A stretch of DNA of 60,876 nucleotides, filler included, from Basidiobolus ranarum (Eukaryota): assembly GCA_040143965.1 (NCBI GenBank). It is 3 parts of 3 records of this genome, joined end to end, with 100 filler letters (N's around TTAATTAATTAA, not from the genome) between each part and the next. Parts side by side here need not be neighbours in the genome. Positions count along the whole stretch, not along the records: positions 40,790 to 60,876 come from JASJQH010000234.1; 2 more parts are not named here. One strand, 5' to 3'. The translations under genes were made by a program, and so were the position numbers. This document shows positions 42,531 to 53,698 of the stretch, one piece after another. The notes beneath the pieces are model-generated. The model saw only the letters and a program-made list of their open reading frames with translations. It did not search any database and was not told the origin of the DNA. Each line of letters begins with the position of its first letter. The first letter of the stretch is position 1.

Positions 42531-43097
42531 ATGGCTGTCTCCAAAAATCCATTTCGTAAAAATGGGAAAGAACCTCTGGGCGGGATCAACTGCTCCCAAA
42601 TTACTCGCTGGACTACCCTAACTCTGGGCAGGATATTCACTGATGATTCAAAGTCATTCACTAACCAAAGGATATTCACTGATGATTCAAAGTCATTCAC
42701 TAACCAAAGGATATTCACTGATGATTCAAAGTCATTCACTAACCCATTCAGGTGCATCATAAAGTGGGGCGAAGTAGAGCTTCTCCTGGAACGTATTCAG
42801 TTGCCACTGCCTACAATATTTCTAGGTGTTTACTATCTGGATGCTTTCAAACTCAGGTGCATTAAGTGTGACATACTTGAGAAATTGAATCTGGTTCATC
42901 ATCTTCTGCCACTTGGATTGATGATAGCCATGAAATTCCTGGATGATTCTCCTTATTCTACTCACTATTGGGCGACTTTAATGGGTTTAGAGATAGAGTT
43001 TGTGAAGGAGATCGAGAGGCGATTTCTATCCATCATTGAGTTCAAATTATACGTTACCAAAGAGCATCTTGAGCATTGGGTGAAGTTTTTAAAGTAG
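42531..43097 (+). CDS. Pho80/Pcl-type cyclin-like protein; N-terminal structure uncertain
   Basis: LPTIFLGVYYLD, LGLMIAMKFLDDSPYSTHYWA, EIERRFLSIIEFKLYVT; 42474-42529 looks like a 5' UTR intron. Confidence 0.75.
   Translation: MAVSKNPFRKNGKEPLGGINCSQITRWTTLTLGRIFTDDSKSFTNQRIFTDDSKSFTNQRIFTDDSKSFTNPFRCIIKWGEVELLLERIQLPLPTIFLGVYYLDAFKLRCIKCDILEKLNLVHHLLPLGLMIAMKFLDDSPYSTHYWATLMGLEIEFVKEIERRFLSIIEFKLYVTKEHLEHWVKFLK
42630..42744 (+). repeat. 39-bp exact tandem repeat, about 3 copies
   Basis: aggatattcactgatgattcaaagtcattcactaacc(aa) three times, reading RIFTDDSKSFTN(Q). Confidence 0.95.
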
Positions 43098-43230
43098 CCT
43101 TTTGACTATAAAATCATTATATTTCATGTAAATTTTATCACTCATCAATAAATTCTTCTTTCAAAATAGGAAAATTTTTACTTTCCTTATGTTCACGTTA
43201 ACATGATGAATTCCTTGGTTACTTCTAAAA

Positions 43231-44740
43231 ATGGCCTCACTTGTTCGCATACTAAGAAATCCTCTATGGAAACAGCAACGACTAACTTTGCGTAGTTTTT
43301 CTTCGACTTCTGTACAGCCAGACAGACGTGGTTCAAGGGTAGAGCTTGGTATTGAAGTAGACCAAACTGAAGGTAGTCTAAACTTTTCCACAAAATAGAA
43401 CAGTCCTTTTTCTCCACTTTGAAGTGAAACACTACTAAGAATAAGAGATATTCTTGGTCACTTGTATAACCTAACAAACCACCGAAAACTTGCTCAAACA
43501 TATCAACTTTTAGAATGGAACGCATACAAAATCTCTCCCGAGCTCACTTTTCAAGAGGGTGACTTGGTATTGTTAAGAGACCGTGCTAAAGGCCTGAAAA
43601 CTTTAGTGGGTCCAATTACTGCTGAGGGTAAATCGTCTATTTGAAGATATATATATATATATATTAGGTTGTTAAGTATTTTTGAGTCTAATGGTTTGAA
43701 TTTTCTACTCGTAGGTAGTATTGGAAGTCATCGTGGACAGATCAAACATTCTCAAATTATTGGACAATTACCACGTACCGAAGTTAGAACGCACAAAGGA
43801 AAGCCATTTACCATTCATAAGCCTACTTTAGAAGAGTAAGTTATAAAGGGAGATTTTTTAAAGTAGTGTACTACTAAACACCATTATTTAGATTTGTCTT
43901 ATTAGCACCCAGACATGCTACCCCATCTTATCCAAAAGATTCGAATATGATGGTATATACTCAGAAATATCCTTCCCCCTTTTCAATAATCCAACTTTTC
44001 TAAATTCCCTTTTCAAGACCATGATGTTAGATGTATTCCCTGGAGCTAGAATCTTGGAAGCAGGCACCGGGAATGGTGGATTGACATTATTTTTGGCACG
44101 TAGCGCATGTATCAACACTTTAGAAGGTAAACCGGGAGTGATTGATACGATAGATATACGTGAAGAGCACTCAAGAAAGGCAAAGCAATTAATTTCTCGA
44201 TTTGAACGAGGCTACTATTCACAATTCATCAATTTCAATGTTGGTACCATTAGTCAATGTTTAACCGAAAATCCACCCACCGAACCCTATGATGGTATTG
44301 CACTTGATATGCCCGAACCTTGGGTAGAGTTACCTAATGCCTTGAAATGGCTTAAGAATGATCGATTCTTGGTTTGTTACATCCCGAATCTAACTCAAGT
44401 ACTACAACTATTGAGTACTGTAAGAAAACTCAAATACCCTTTGGCATTAGAGAATGTGCAAGAGATCAACCTTAGAGAGTGGGATATTAGACCTACTTAT
44501 TTAAAGTCTAAACGTCCAGCGGAGCAATCACCAGCCATCGATATATCCGTCACAGATTCCATCGATATACCCGACTCTGAAGCCACTCAATCCATCAATA
44601 TACCCGAGTCTGGAGTCATTCAACCCATCGCGGAAGTAGAACCATGGGTGTGCAGACCCACCCATGATCCTGCTGGACATACAGCATTCTTAGTAAAATT
44701 AAGAAAGTGTATTAATATTAAGGCTGAAGAATCCAGCTAA
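43231..44740 (+). CDS. tRNA (adenine-58-N1)-methyltransferase catalytic subunit, TRMT61B-like, probably mitochondrial, multi-exon
   Basis: Presequence MASLVRILRNPLWKQQRLTLRSFSS; FQEGDLVLLR, HKPTLEEF, ATPSYPKD, LEAGTGNGGLT, LDMPEPW, HTAFLVKL. Confidence 0.87.
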
Positions 44741-45262
44741 GTTCATTCGCATTCACAATATTCATTCCCTTGATTCTCAGATAATCATTAAGGACATATC
44801 AGTAATTAAATGTCAGAATTTATCCGTAATTAGAGTAACAAATAAAAGGTAAATATTGGCTTATTTATTCAGTGAACTACGGTTGTTCCAGGACAACCAT
44901 TTGGATGTTACCGCCCCTAATTAAATTAATTGCAAGAAAATGATGGAGTTGGAAAGGGCGGGGATATAGTTTCTTACAATCGATCATCGAGTAAGTTATA
45001 TATGAGTTGCAATAACTGATTGAAAAAGTGCATTTACAAATGAAAGAAAAGGGAAGCATCCAGCGAAAGAGATTTGAATGGCATCCTTTTGTGAATAAGA
45101 AATAGTAAAATCTCTTTACAGGAAAAGTGGGGTGGGGATTTAGTGTGAGATACGTGGAATTTCCCAGCACTATCAGTAAACCAGCACTAAAATATCGTCA
45201 GGAAGTTCGCCATTTTTGGGGGGTGTTCAAATAACAATAGCAAGTATGAGTTTTTGGTAACT

Positions 45263-45859
45263 TTAACACGTTGGCTGTGAAGCTCTAGTCCACATGGAGA
45301 GGGTGGCGGTTATGGAAGCTGGTGATTTTTGGGGGGATTTTGTTGAGCGGGAAATCGGCTCACGATGCCTCATGTATTGTTCAATATAAAGCAGCCACTG
45401 GGAGAATTCTTCTTGACTTACATGAACGTCATATTGAAGTGTTGTCAAAAAACTCCTCTCTAATGCATTTAATTCCTCCCGAGAAATCCCCGTGATTTGT
45501 GACCATGTTTCATTTGTGTAGGTGCAATCCTCAAGCATTTTGTGAGCAAGAATTAATGCCACCACAAACTGCTTCGCCTCCGAGAACTCGCTTATATTGT
45601 TATTAATGGTAAGTTTACCGAACTTTTGAAGATATTTTAAAGCTAGAAGTACTATGGCTGGACTAGCATCGCTGTGTGTGATCACATTCTTGCAGAAGTT
45701 GCGAAATACTGGGTTTGGGGTGGGAATTTGGCTGCCAGTTAGTCTCCAGTTCCACATTTGATTTACCATCTGCGTAACAAAGTCAGAAATCAAAGTGTGA
45801 CTACCAGTAAGATGGGAAAGGTAAGGGGATGTTTTGAAGGGGAATTGTGTAGTAAACAT
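45263..45859 (-). CDS. Pho80/Pcl (Clg1-like) cyclin
   Basis: FRNFCKNVI, IVLLALKYLQK, VALILAHKMLEDCTYTNETWSQITGI, LNALERSFLTTLQYDVHVS. Confidence 0.85.
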   Translation of the reverse strand: MFTTQFPFKTSPYLSHLTGSHTLISDFVTQMVNQMWNWRLTGSQIPTPNPVFRNFCKNVITHSDASPAIVLLALKYLQKFGKLTINNNISEFSEAKQFVVALILAHKMLEDCTYTNETWSQITGISREELNALERSFLTTLQYDVHVSQEEFSQWLLYIEQYMRHREPISRSTKSPQKSPASITATLSMWTRASQPTC

Positions 45860-47058
45860 TTTGGAATGGGTCTAATGTCAAAGAATCAGCTAGGGAACGT
45901 CAACTAATTATGATCTACTATTCTCGAAGCACTGTGTGAGAGAAGAAATCTATGCAAATAGGTAACTACTAAAGCTGAGTTTGGCTATGAGGAAAGGGAT
46001 GGCTGCTGCTTATATATGTTGTTCTTTGGACCCGAACCAAATATTTTCTTATATGTTGAGTACTAATGTGTTGAATATTAATATATATGGATCAACTTTG
46101 ACAGGAGAGATCAATAGGAATTCTCAATAGAAATTCTCGAGGCAAGACAGTAAAAATGAAGCGAGAATCTGTAGACTTGACAATGACTCCGGTGGTGCTT
46201 CTCAATAATTCTGTATTCAGGAGGGAACAATAGAATGCATCGCGGAGACTGCAGAGATCTACCTTGGACTTGAGCCATAGACACAACTATTTTAACTATT
46301 AGCTATTTCAACCTGATCGGTGCAGATGACAAAATTTCCGTCTACCACATTCTAATCGCAGTATAACACTGCAAAGAACAATAACATCGTGTGGTTCATA
46401 GTATTGACGCGAGTTTCTGTTCACCCACACTGGAGGGTATGCTTACGCCTTTGATACAGTGGCGCAAAATTGACTTGTGCAGTTCCTCCCCCCCACAATG
46501 TCGGGGGGAAGGATTTGTGGGATCATCTCTTGATAACATCGGCCATACATACACACACACTCCACGAATTGTTTTTGATAACTGGAGAGAGCGATGAAAT
46601 ATCCTGAATAACAGCAACTCTTACGATGAAGAATGAATCAGTATTACCCATCGTCAGCGATTCAGGTTTTCTGTTCAGAGTAGCTGGTAAGGGTACATTA
46701 AAAGACTCACCCCCATCCCCTACCGAAGCTAGCATAAGACATATCTCCTATACAAGAAATATCACAGGCAGGAGATAAGCATTGAACTGGGAGAAGTTGA
46801 AATTGGTTCCATTTTAGTGTTCATTAGATTCTCAACATTTGTTTGTCATGGTTCTGCAAAGCAATACTCCCCCTTTTACGCATATAGAACTCAAGTGCAG
46901 ATAGAAACTGGAGAATAAGTCAAGGATGGCCGATTACATCAATATTGAATTATGGGGGGATACAGTGCTTTTAAACAGCCACTTTAACAACACTTGATCC
47001 GACTTTCATGAGAATATTCGTGGATGCAGAGGATCTATAGATATATAATAGACTGGTG

Positions 47059-47117
47059 AAATGATGTGTACTGAAATGATGTGTATTGAAATTATGTATA
47101 TTGAAATGATGTGTATA
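47059..47117. repeat. 15-bp tandem repeat, 4 copies, downstream of PHO8
   Basis: gaaat(g/t)atgt(g/a)ta(c/t)t repeated four times. Confidence 0.8.
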
Positions 47118-47221
47118 GAGCTGAAATTGTTTATGAAATATTATATATATTGGTACACATGTACATGTCTCTTATTCATCAGGGTGAGTGTGGGTGCGGG
47201 ATTCCATGTATCTGGGATAAT

Positions 47222-48897
47222 TTAAAGAATATAATCTCCATGGACGTCTATATCTCTTTTATGGAGACCCTTCATGGTTTGTTCATCACCACGGATCTGT
47301 GGGGCATTCTTTTTTAAGCTAGCAGTGATCTGATTCAAGTCTAATTGTAAATAGCTCCGAATAAACTCACCGATTTCTGTGTTCTCTCGATTACCAGCTA
47401 GCTGTTGAGAATTAGAACCATAAGCATATAGATTGACGTCTACTCCTGTGTGTCCATGGGTTGTCCATCCCAATTGTGCACGAAAATTGATCATTTCGGA
47501 CAAGTGGTGGCCATAATCAGCAGCTCCATGTTTGTTGACCAAGAAATCAAGCTCTTCTTTAGTAGCATCACTAATGCCCAGTTGTTCTTTAAGAATATTA
47601 ATGACAAACTCGGTTCTGTTCACTTGATCATACTGTGAGAGGACTTGACTCAAAGCATAAGATGAGCTCTTGCACTTCGAGATAACCTCAGGATACCAGA
47701 GATACTTAGGATAACTAGTAGTTACTTGGCGACCCACAGTGAACCCGCCAGTTTCGTGGTCACTGACCGAAATCATGACAGTTCCTGGGTGTGCATCAAC
47801 GTAACTTTTTACGGCGGCTACGGTGGCCTGGTAAGCAAGAATGTCATGAAGGTGGCCAACTGGATCATTATCGTGGGCTGCCATATCTATACGGCTACCT
47901 TCGACCATCAAAAAGAAACCCTTATCGCTACTTTCCGTAGCTTTGCTTAACACATCAAGTGCTTTTTGAGTCATTTCACTCAGGGAAGGCTGTACTTTTG
48001 GGTCGCGATCAATGTCGTAGGCCATGTGATCCAAAGCGAAAAGTCCCATCAAAGGGAGTGGTGAATCTACTTTTAAATCATCAAACTGTTTTCTAGATTG
48101 AACATATTCAAAACCACGTTTCTGAGCGTCTTGAATCAAGTTCTTTGTGTCCGGTCGACAACTTCCTTCAGTACTATTAGGTAAGAAAAAGCATCTTCCT
48201 CCTCCAAACATCAAGTCTACGCTAGGTCCTAATGTATAATCCCCTATTTGGTGCTCGGCAATAAGATGCTCTAAGTTACGATGCACCACGTGAGATGAGA
48301 ATGACGCTGGGGTGGCGTGTGTAATACGGCTAGTCACGACTAAACCAGTAAGCATCCCACTAACTTTGGCAGCCTCAAGAACTGTACCACAAGGCTCTTC
48401 TAATGGGTCGACACCGATAGCGTTGTTATATGTTTTCATGGCACAGGAAATGGCAGTAGCACCGGCTGCGGAGTCTGTTATCATACTCGAGTTGGATCTA
48501 GTTCTAGAAGCACCAACAAGGATGCTATCAAGAGGTGTCTGATATCCTATAGGAAGATCTTGGGACCACTGGTAGTAAAGGCGAGCGTACGTTTCGGAAG
48601 CAGGACCAAAGCCATCGGATATCATCATGATTACATTACGTTTCGGAGCAGCTAATAAGTAAGAATTGAATTAATACATTACTCAAGGTATAGAGGAGTC
48701 AGAGTGATAGCCCTACCTACAAACCGTGAGTGTATGAATACTGTAGAGCCTACGAGAACACTAAAAACAACCGCAAACCCCAGATAAATTAGAGGATTTC
48801 TTCGAATCGGACGGGAACCATTATGGATAAATTCCTCTCTTTCCTCTGGAGTGGAAGAGTTATTGACTGTGCTATAAGTCACTTTAGCTTTAGACAT
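47222..48897 (-). CDS. PHO8: Alkaline phosphatase, type II membrane (vacuolar), 2 exons
   Basis: N-terminal transmembrane helix; NVIMMISDGFGP, ITDSAAGATA, THATPASF, EGSRIDMAAHDND, SDHETGG, HGHTGVDV. Confidence 0.93.
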
Positions 48898-49575
48898 ATC
48901 TGAAGGGGAATAATTACAGAATAAAGATTTAATCTAAAAGACAGGTAACCGAGACTAGCACAGAGAGAAACACAAATAATCAAGATCTGGAAAAACTGGC
49001 ATTCCTGGATTTTATAGAAATTGATTAGTCAGATTAAGTGTGCTAACCCAAACCTATCAGTCATCTACAATCTACCAAGCCCCAGTACTCATCAGAAAAC
49101 ATCCACCTATCAATTCAATGCATAATCACTCAACCCCCAAGGAGCATACACAATATCACAGAATCAAGGCAATTCTCCGAAATTCATTTTAATCTTCTAT
49201 ATCCTATACCCTGCCAATGATGTCCTCTCTGGGCACCATGGAATCCGCATTTGTGACTGTAGTTTAATAGACCTATATGAAGATGATAAGCAGATGATGC
49301 AAAGTTACCCTTTCCAATCAAATTCACTGAGCCCGGTTGAGTCATCTTTACAACGCCAAACTTTGTTTCTTACTGATGTGAATCTAGTTCCATTTTTGGA
49401 ATGGATTATATTATATTTACACCGTGGTAATTGTCACTCATGCCTGACATTACTTAATGCTCTCATTTTCTAATTAAATAGTTGTTTTATTTACACCTTC
49501 TATTTAAATACAAAAATGGGGGTGGCTGTGAGATTTCTCGAGAATTGTCGTGACCAGAGGAAGAATTACTTCTAA

Positions 49576-51276
49576 TCATAATATATTCCGGAAGGCAGGG
49601 TTCCCTGAAACCTCTTTAATTAGAACACCCTGTTGTTCAGCAAGGTCGAATCGTTTGTTCTCCTGCTTCATGCTGATCTTCATAGCGAACGATAACAGAA
49701 TAGCCATTGCTAAAAAGCAAACGTTGACTAGATTACTACGTAGGTACTGAGGTGCTTCATCAGCTGTATAAAACTGACTCGCGATCATTCCTGAGGGGAG
49801 TTTTGTCGTTAATATGTTTGTTTCTAACAGCTATAATGAAATGTGAGCAAACAAACCTCCACAATTCCCAAATGCAATCACCATAGCGGAAGTGGTTGCT
49901 GCCTTTGTAGCTCCAATAACATTGTTTGTGACCCAAGATAGTAATACAGGTACACACGAAAAAACTCCCATGGCTGCTACGCACGCCGCAGCATATCGTG
50001 CTTTGAGCTCTGACATGGTGGACATCAGTACTAGCCCAACTATTCCTACTCCAGCTTGAATTATCAAATGGTAACCACGCTCTTTAGTACGGTCCGAATG
50101 GTACGACGTGGCCAGGGTAAATAAAAAGGCCAAGAAGTAGGGTGGGCAGGTGAACAGTTGTGCTGTTAAACTCGAGAAACCTAGACCTCGTACGATCGTT
50201 GGTAAAAATAAAGAAATAGAGTACACGGGCGTGTTGATACCGATATACATGAACATGTACATCCAAGTTTTGTAACTTCTAATGGCATTAATGAATTGTG
50301 CTTTGTCAAACTTCGATTCTGATACATTAGTAAAGTCCTGGCTCAATCGAGTTTCGGCTAATTCTCTTTCGGTTTCTGTTAACCATTTTGCTTGATGTGG
50401 ATAGTTGGGCAAATAAAACCTAAGTAAATGTATATAAATTAGGAATAGCGTCGATTACTCTGTTCTGCGATTTTCTTACCAAGTGATGATTCCAACCAGA
50501 ATAGTCGCCAAACCTTCAATGATAAAAATCCATTGCCACCCTTTTAGTCTACTCACTCCATTCATACGGCTCATAAAATACGCCAGAACTCCCCCAAAAG
50601 CCCCAGCTAAAGAAGCGGATGAAAAGAACAAGGCAAATCTTGTGCACTGTTCTCTTCTTGTGTACCAAAAAGTGAGATAGAAAATGATTCCTGGGAAGAG
50701 ACTTGAATTGAAGGGTTAGATCACTTGGCAGGCTTTAAAGGGAGTTCCACCAGCTCTTACCCCGCCTCAGCAACACCCAAGAAGAATCGAGCGGATAAAA
50801 GCCCAGCAAAATTGGTGACAGTAGCGGTAACCATAGTCACTGCACCCCAGCTCACCATGATTCTAGCGATCCAACGCGATGGAGAGAATCTCTTGATAAC
50901 CAGATTCGAGGGGATGTCAAATGCGATAAACCCTGCAGAAACAATGGTTAGCAAGTTCAGATAGCAACGCCACAAGACAGACTACAAACCAATGAAAAAC
51001 ACCGCAAGAACCCAAGCGTACTGTGAAGACGTCAGATTCAAATCATCCTCAATATGAATCAACCGTGCGTTTCCTAGGAAATTTGAGTTAAATCGGAATG
51101 GTTATGGAGGGCAGAGGTGGCTTACCTATATTAACTCGATCCAGGAATGAAAAGAAGTAGAGAAGACTCAGAAAGGGCATGAGTCGAAGGTCTAATTTCC
51201 ATTTAAGAGCCAGTGTTCTCTGTTTCAATTCTGCCTCTGGATTAGGCGAGGAGGTGCTATCTTCATTCGAGGACAT
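49576..51276 (-). CDS. MFS transporter, anion:cation symporter family (Tna1/Dal5-like), multi-exon
   Basis: KLDLRLMP..FSFLDRVNIGNAR, DIPSNLVIKRFSPSRW, RFFLGVAEAG, WQWIFIIEG, WLTETERELAETRL. Confidence 0.92.
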
Positions 51277-51706
51277 TTTCGAAATAGCGTTTGAGAAGAC
51301 ATTCGGAGAAACCTCACTATTTATTTAAAAGCAGTCACTCCATCGAGTACTTCATGTATGCACCCCTCATACGGCTAAGTTAAAGTGTATGTGAGCCCTG
51401 ATCGGTAAATAATTCTTTGGTCAAATCAAAGATATCTAGTCGAATGTGGTGCCTATGACTACAGCACTCTCAGTGTAGATGAAATATCAAAGTACTTGCT
51501 TTCATCCTGATAATGTCCATAGCCAACCATCTGTTCAAAATTACTCGTTGATTCTATATTTGTTATCTTATGCTAAACTAGTAAGCATCCCCATCCAACT
51601 GAGGATGATAAGCAGATCAAATTTCTATCGATGCTGCATATGGGGGGAGTCGGTCCAGTCTTTTACGAAAGAAATATTCCATTTTTTCGTAACTCTACCA
51701 ATAATA

Positions 51707-53514
51707 ATGTCCTTTCTTCGGATATCTAAGAACGCTACAGCTCTCTCAAAACTTTCCAAGAGCCATTTCTCTACTAGCTTAAGAATGTCTCAACAACCAG
51801 AGGGTCTTATCTTAGGTGTCTACAAGGACCTCAATCTTACTAATTCCGTCAAGGCTCTTGACGAGAAGGTACAGATCCAACTTACTGAGCAATTGAAGAA
51901 TTCCGGCGCTACCGGAAAGCTTGGTGAATTGAGAGTATTGTATGGTCTTGAGAATTTGCCCAAACAAGTAGCTGTTGTTGGTTTGGGTAAGGATGCCGAA
52001 GTTTCCGTAGCAGAGAACATGGAGAAAGCTCGTAAAGCTGTATATATGCCTTTACTATATTAAGAGCCTAATTGAGAAGTTATTAAACCCTTTTTCGTAC
52101 ACAGGCTGCTATTGGAGCTAGAGCACTTCGTGAACAAGGCGTCAAGACTATTGCGATCGACGCCATGAGTAGTCTCCAAGGTTTGTTTCCTACTTTTTAA
52201 AAATATACGCTTAACCTTTGGTACTAATATTTTTCATCGATCCAGGTGCTGCCGAAGGTTCTAAACTCGGTCTGTACAGCTTTAATGGCTTGAAGGCTCC
52301 CTCCTCCCGTAAACCCTTGGTGGAAGTAACTCCTTTTGAACAATCAGAACAAGAATCTTCTGCATGGAAGAGCGGACTTATTTTTTCAGAAGCTCAAAAC
52401 TTTGCTCGTATATTGGCTGAGACTCCTGCTAACCATATGACTCCTCGTTTGTTTGCTGATCAAGTCGCTAGCAAGTTATCTCCTTTGGAGAACGTGGAAG
52501 TTATTGTCAGAGATAGTGACTGGGCCGAAGAGATGAACATGGGAGCTTTCTTATCTGTTACTCGTGGTAGTGCTGCTCCCGCTAGATTTGTAGAGATTCA
52601 CTACAAGGGCGGAAAAGAGAATGAAAAGCCTTTGGCACTTGTTGGTAAAGGTGTAACCTTCGATAGTGGAGGTATCTCCATTAAGCCCTCCGCTAATATG
52701 CATCTTATGAAGGGTGACATGGGTGGTGCCGCTGCTGTCGCTGGTACCATGTTCGGTATTGCCAGTCTCCAGCTACCTGTAAATGTTATTGCCTGTATTC
52801 CCCTTTGTGAGAACATGCCTTCAGGTACAGCCACCAAGCCCGGTGATGTTATTACTGCGATGAACGGCAAAACTATTGAGGTATTAGTTGAATTCACTCC
52901 ATTCGCGCCTTTTAATATACTCACAATTTTAATCTTTGTAGGTTCTCAATACTGATGCTGAAGGTAGACTCATTTTGGCAGATGCCATTTATTACGCTAG
53001 TTCCACCTTCAAGCCTCACACTTTGATTGATGTTGCAACTTTGACCGGAGCCATGGTTATCGCTTTGGGCTCTGTTTTCTCTGGTGTTTTCACCAATTCC
53101 GACTCTCTTTGGAAGCAACTTGACAATGCTGGCCAAAACACCAGTGACGCTTTTTGGAGAATGCCACTCCACTCCGATTACTTGAAACTTATCAATGACT
53201 CTCCCGTTGCTGATTTGATGAATGTTGGTTCTCGCGCTGGAGGCTCATGCACCGCCGCCATCTTTTTACAGGAATTCGTTGCTGGTTTAGATGATGAAGA
53301 CATTGACGAATCGGAAAAAATTCGTTTTGCCCATATTGATATCGCTGGTACCATGGATAGTGGTAGTACCAATGGATACACTATCAAGGGAATGACTGGT
53401 ATGTATACATTACTAATTGACATCAGTGCTTGCCAAACTAACAAAATACTTTCTTTCAATCATATAGGTCGCCCCACTCGCTCCTTGATTGAATTTGCTA
53501 GAACCTTCCAATAA
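51707..53514 (+). CDS. Leucyl aminopeptidase, M17 family, multi-exon
   Basis: LVGKGVTFDSGGISIKP, MKGDMGGAA, NTDAEGRLILAD, DVATLTGA, AHIDIAG, GRPTRSLIEF. Confidence 0.95.
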
Positions 53515-53698
53515 GTTGGATCCAATTTTTTTTCAAATAAACCATAGCATTGTAGTATGACACATGAGCCATAACGTTGTAGTATGATTTTAGTATTTAT
53601 TGCTAGCTGAATAGTTCCAGGTATTGAAGTGAAGAAAAGACTGATTAGTGTATGCGAAAAACAAATTATGTTACAGCAGAAACGAGGTTGACGGGAAG

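Noticed and set aside
42630-42744. 39-bp direct repeats resembling a CRISPR array
   Set aside because: No spacers, eukaryotic context and no cas genes.
43967-44019. ATATCCTT..AC, a possible AT-AC U12 intron in the TRMT61B-like gene
   Set aside because: The enclosing GT-AG intron gives the expected spacing (PKD + 8 residues + D), the AT-AC version would add residues, and there is no TCCTTAAC branch.
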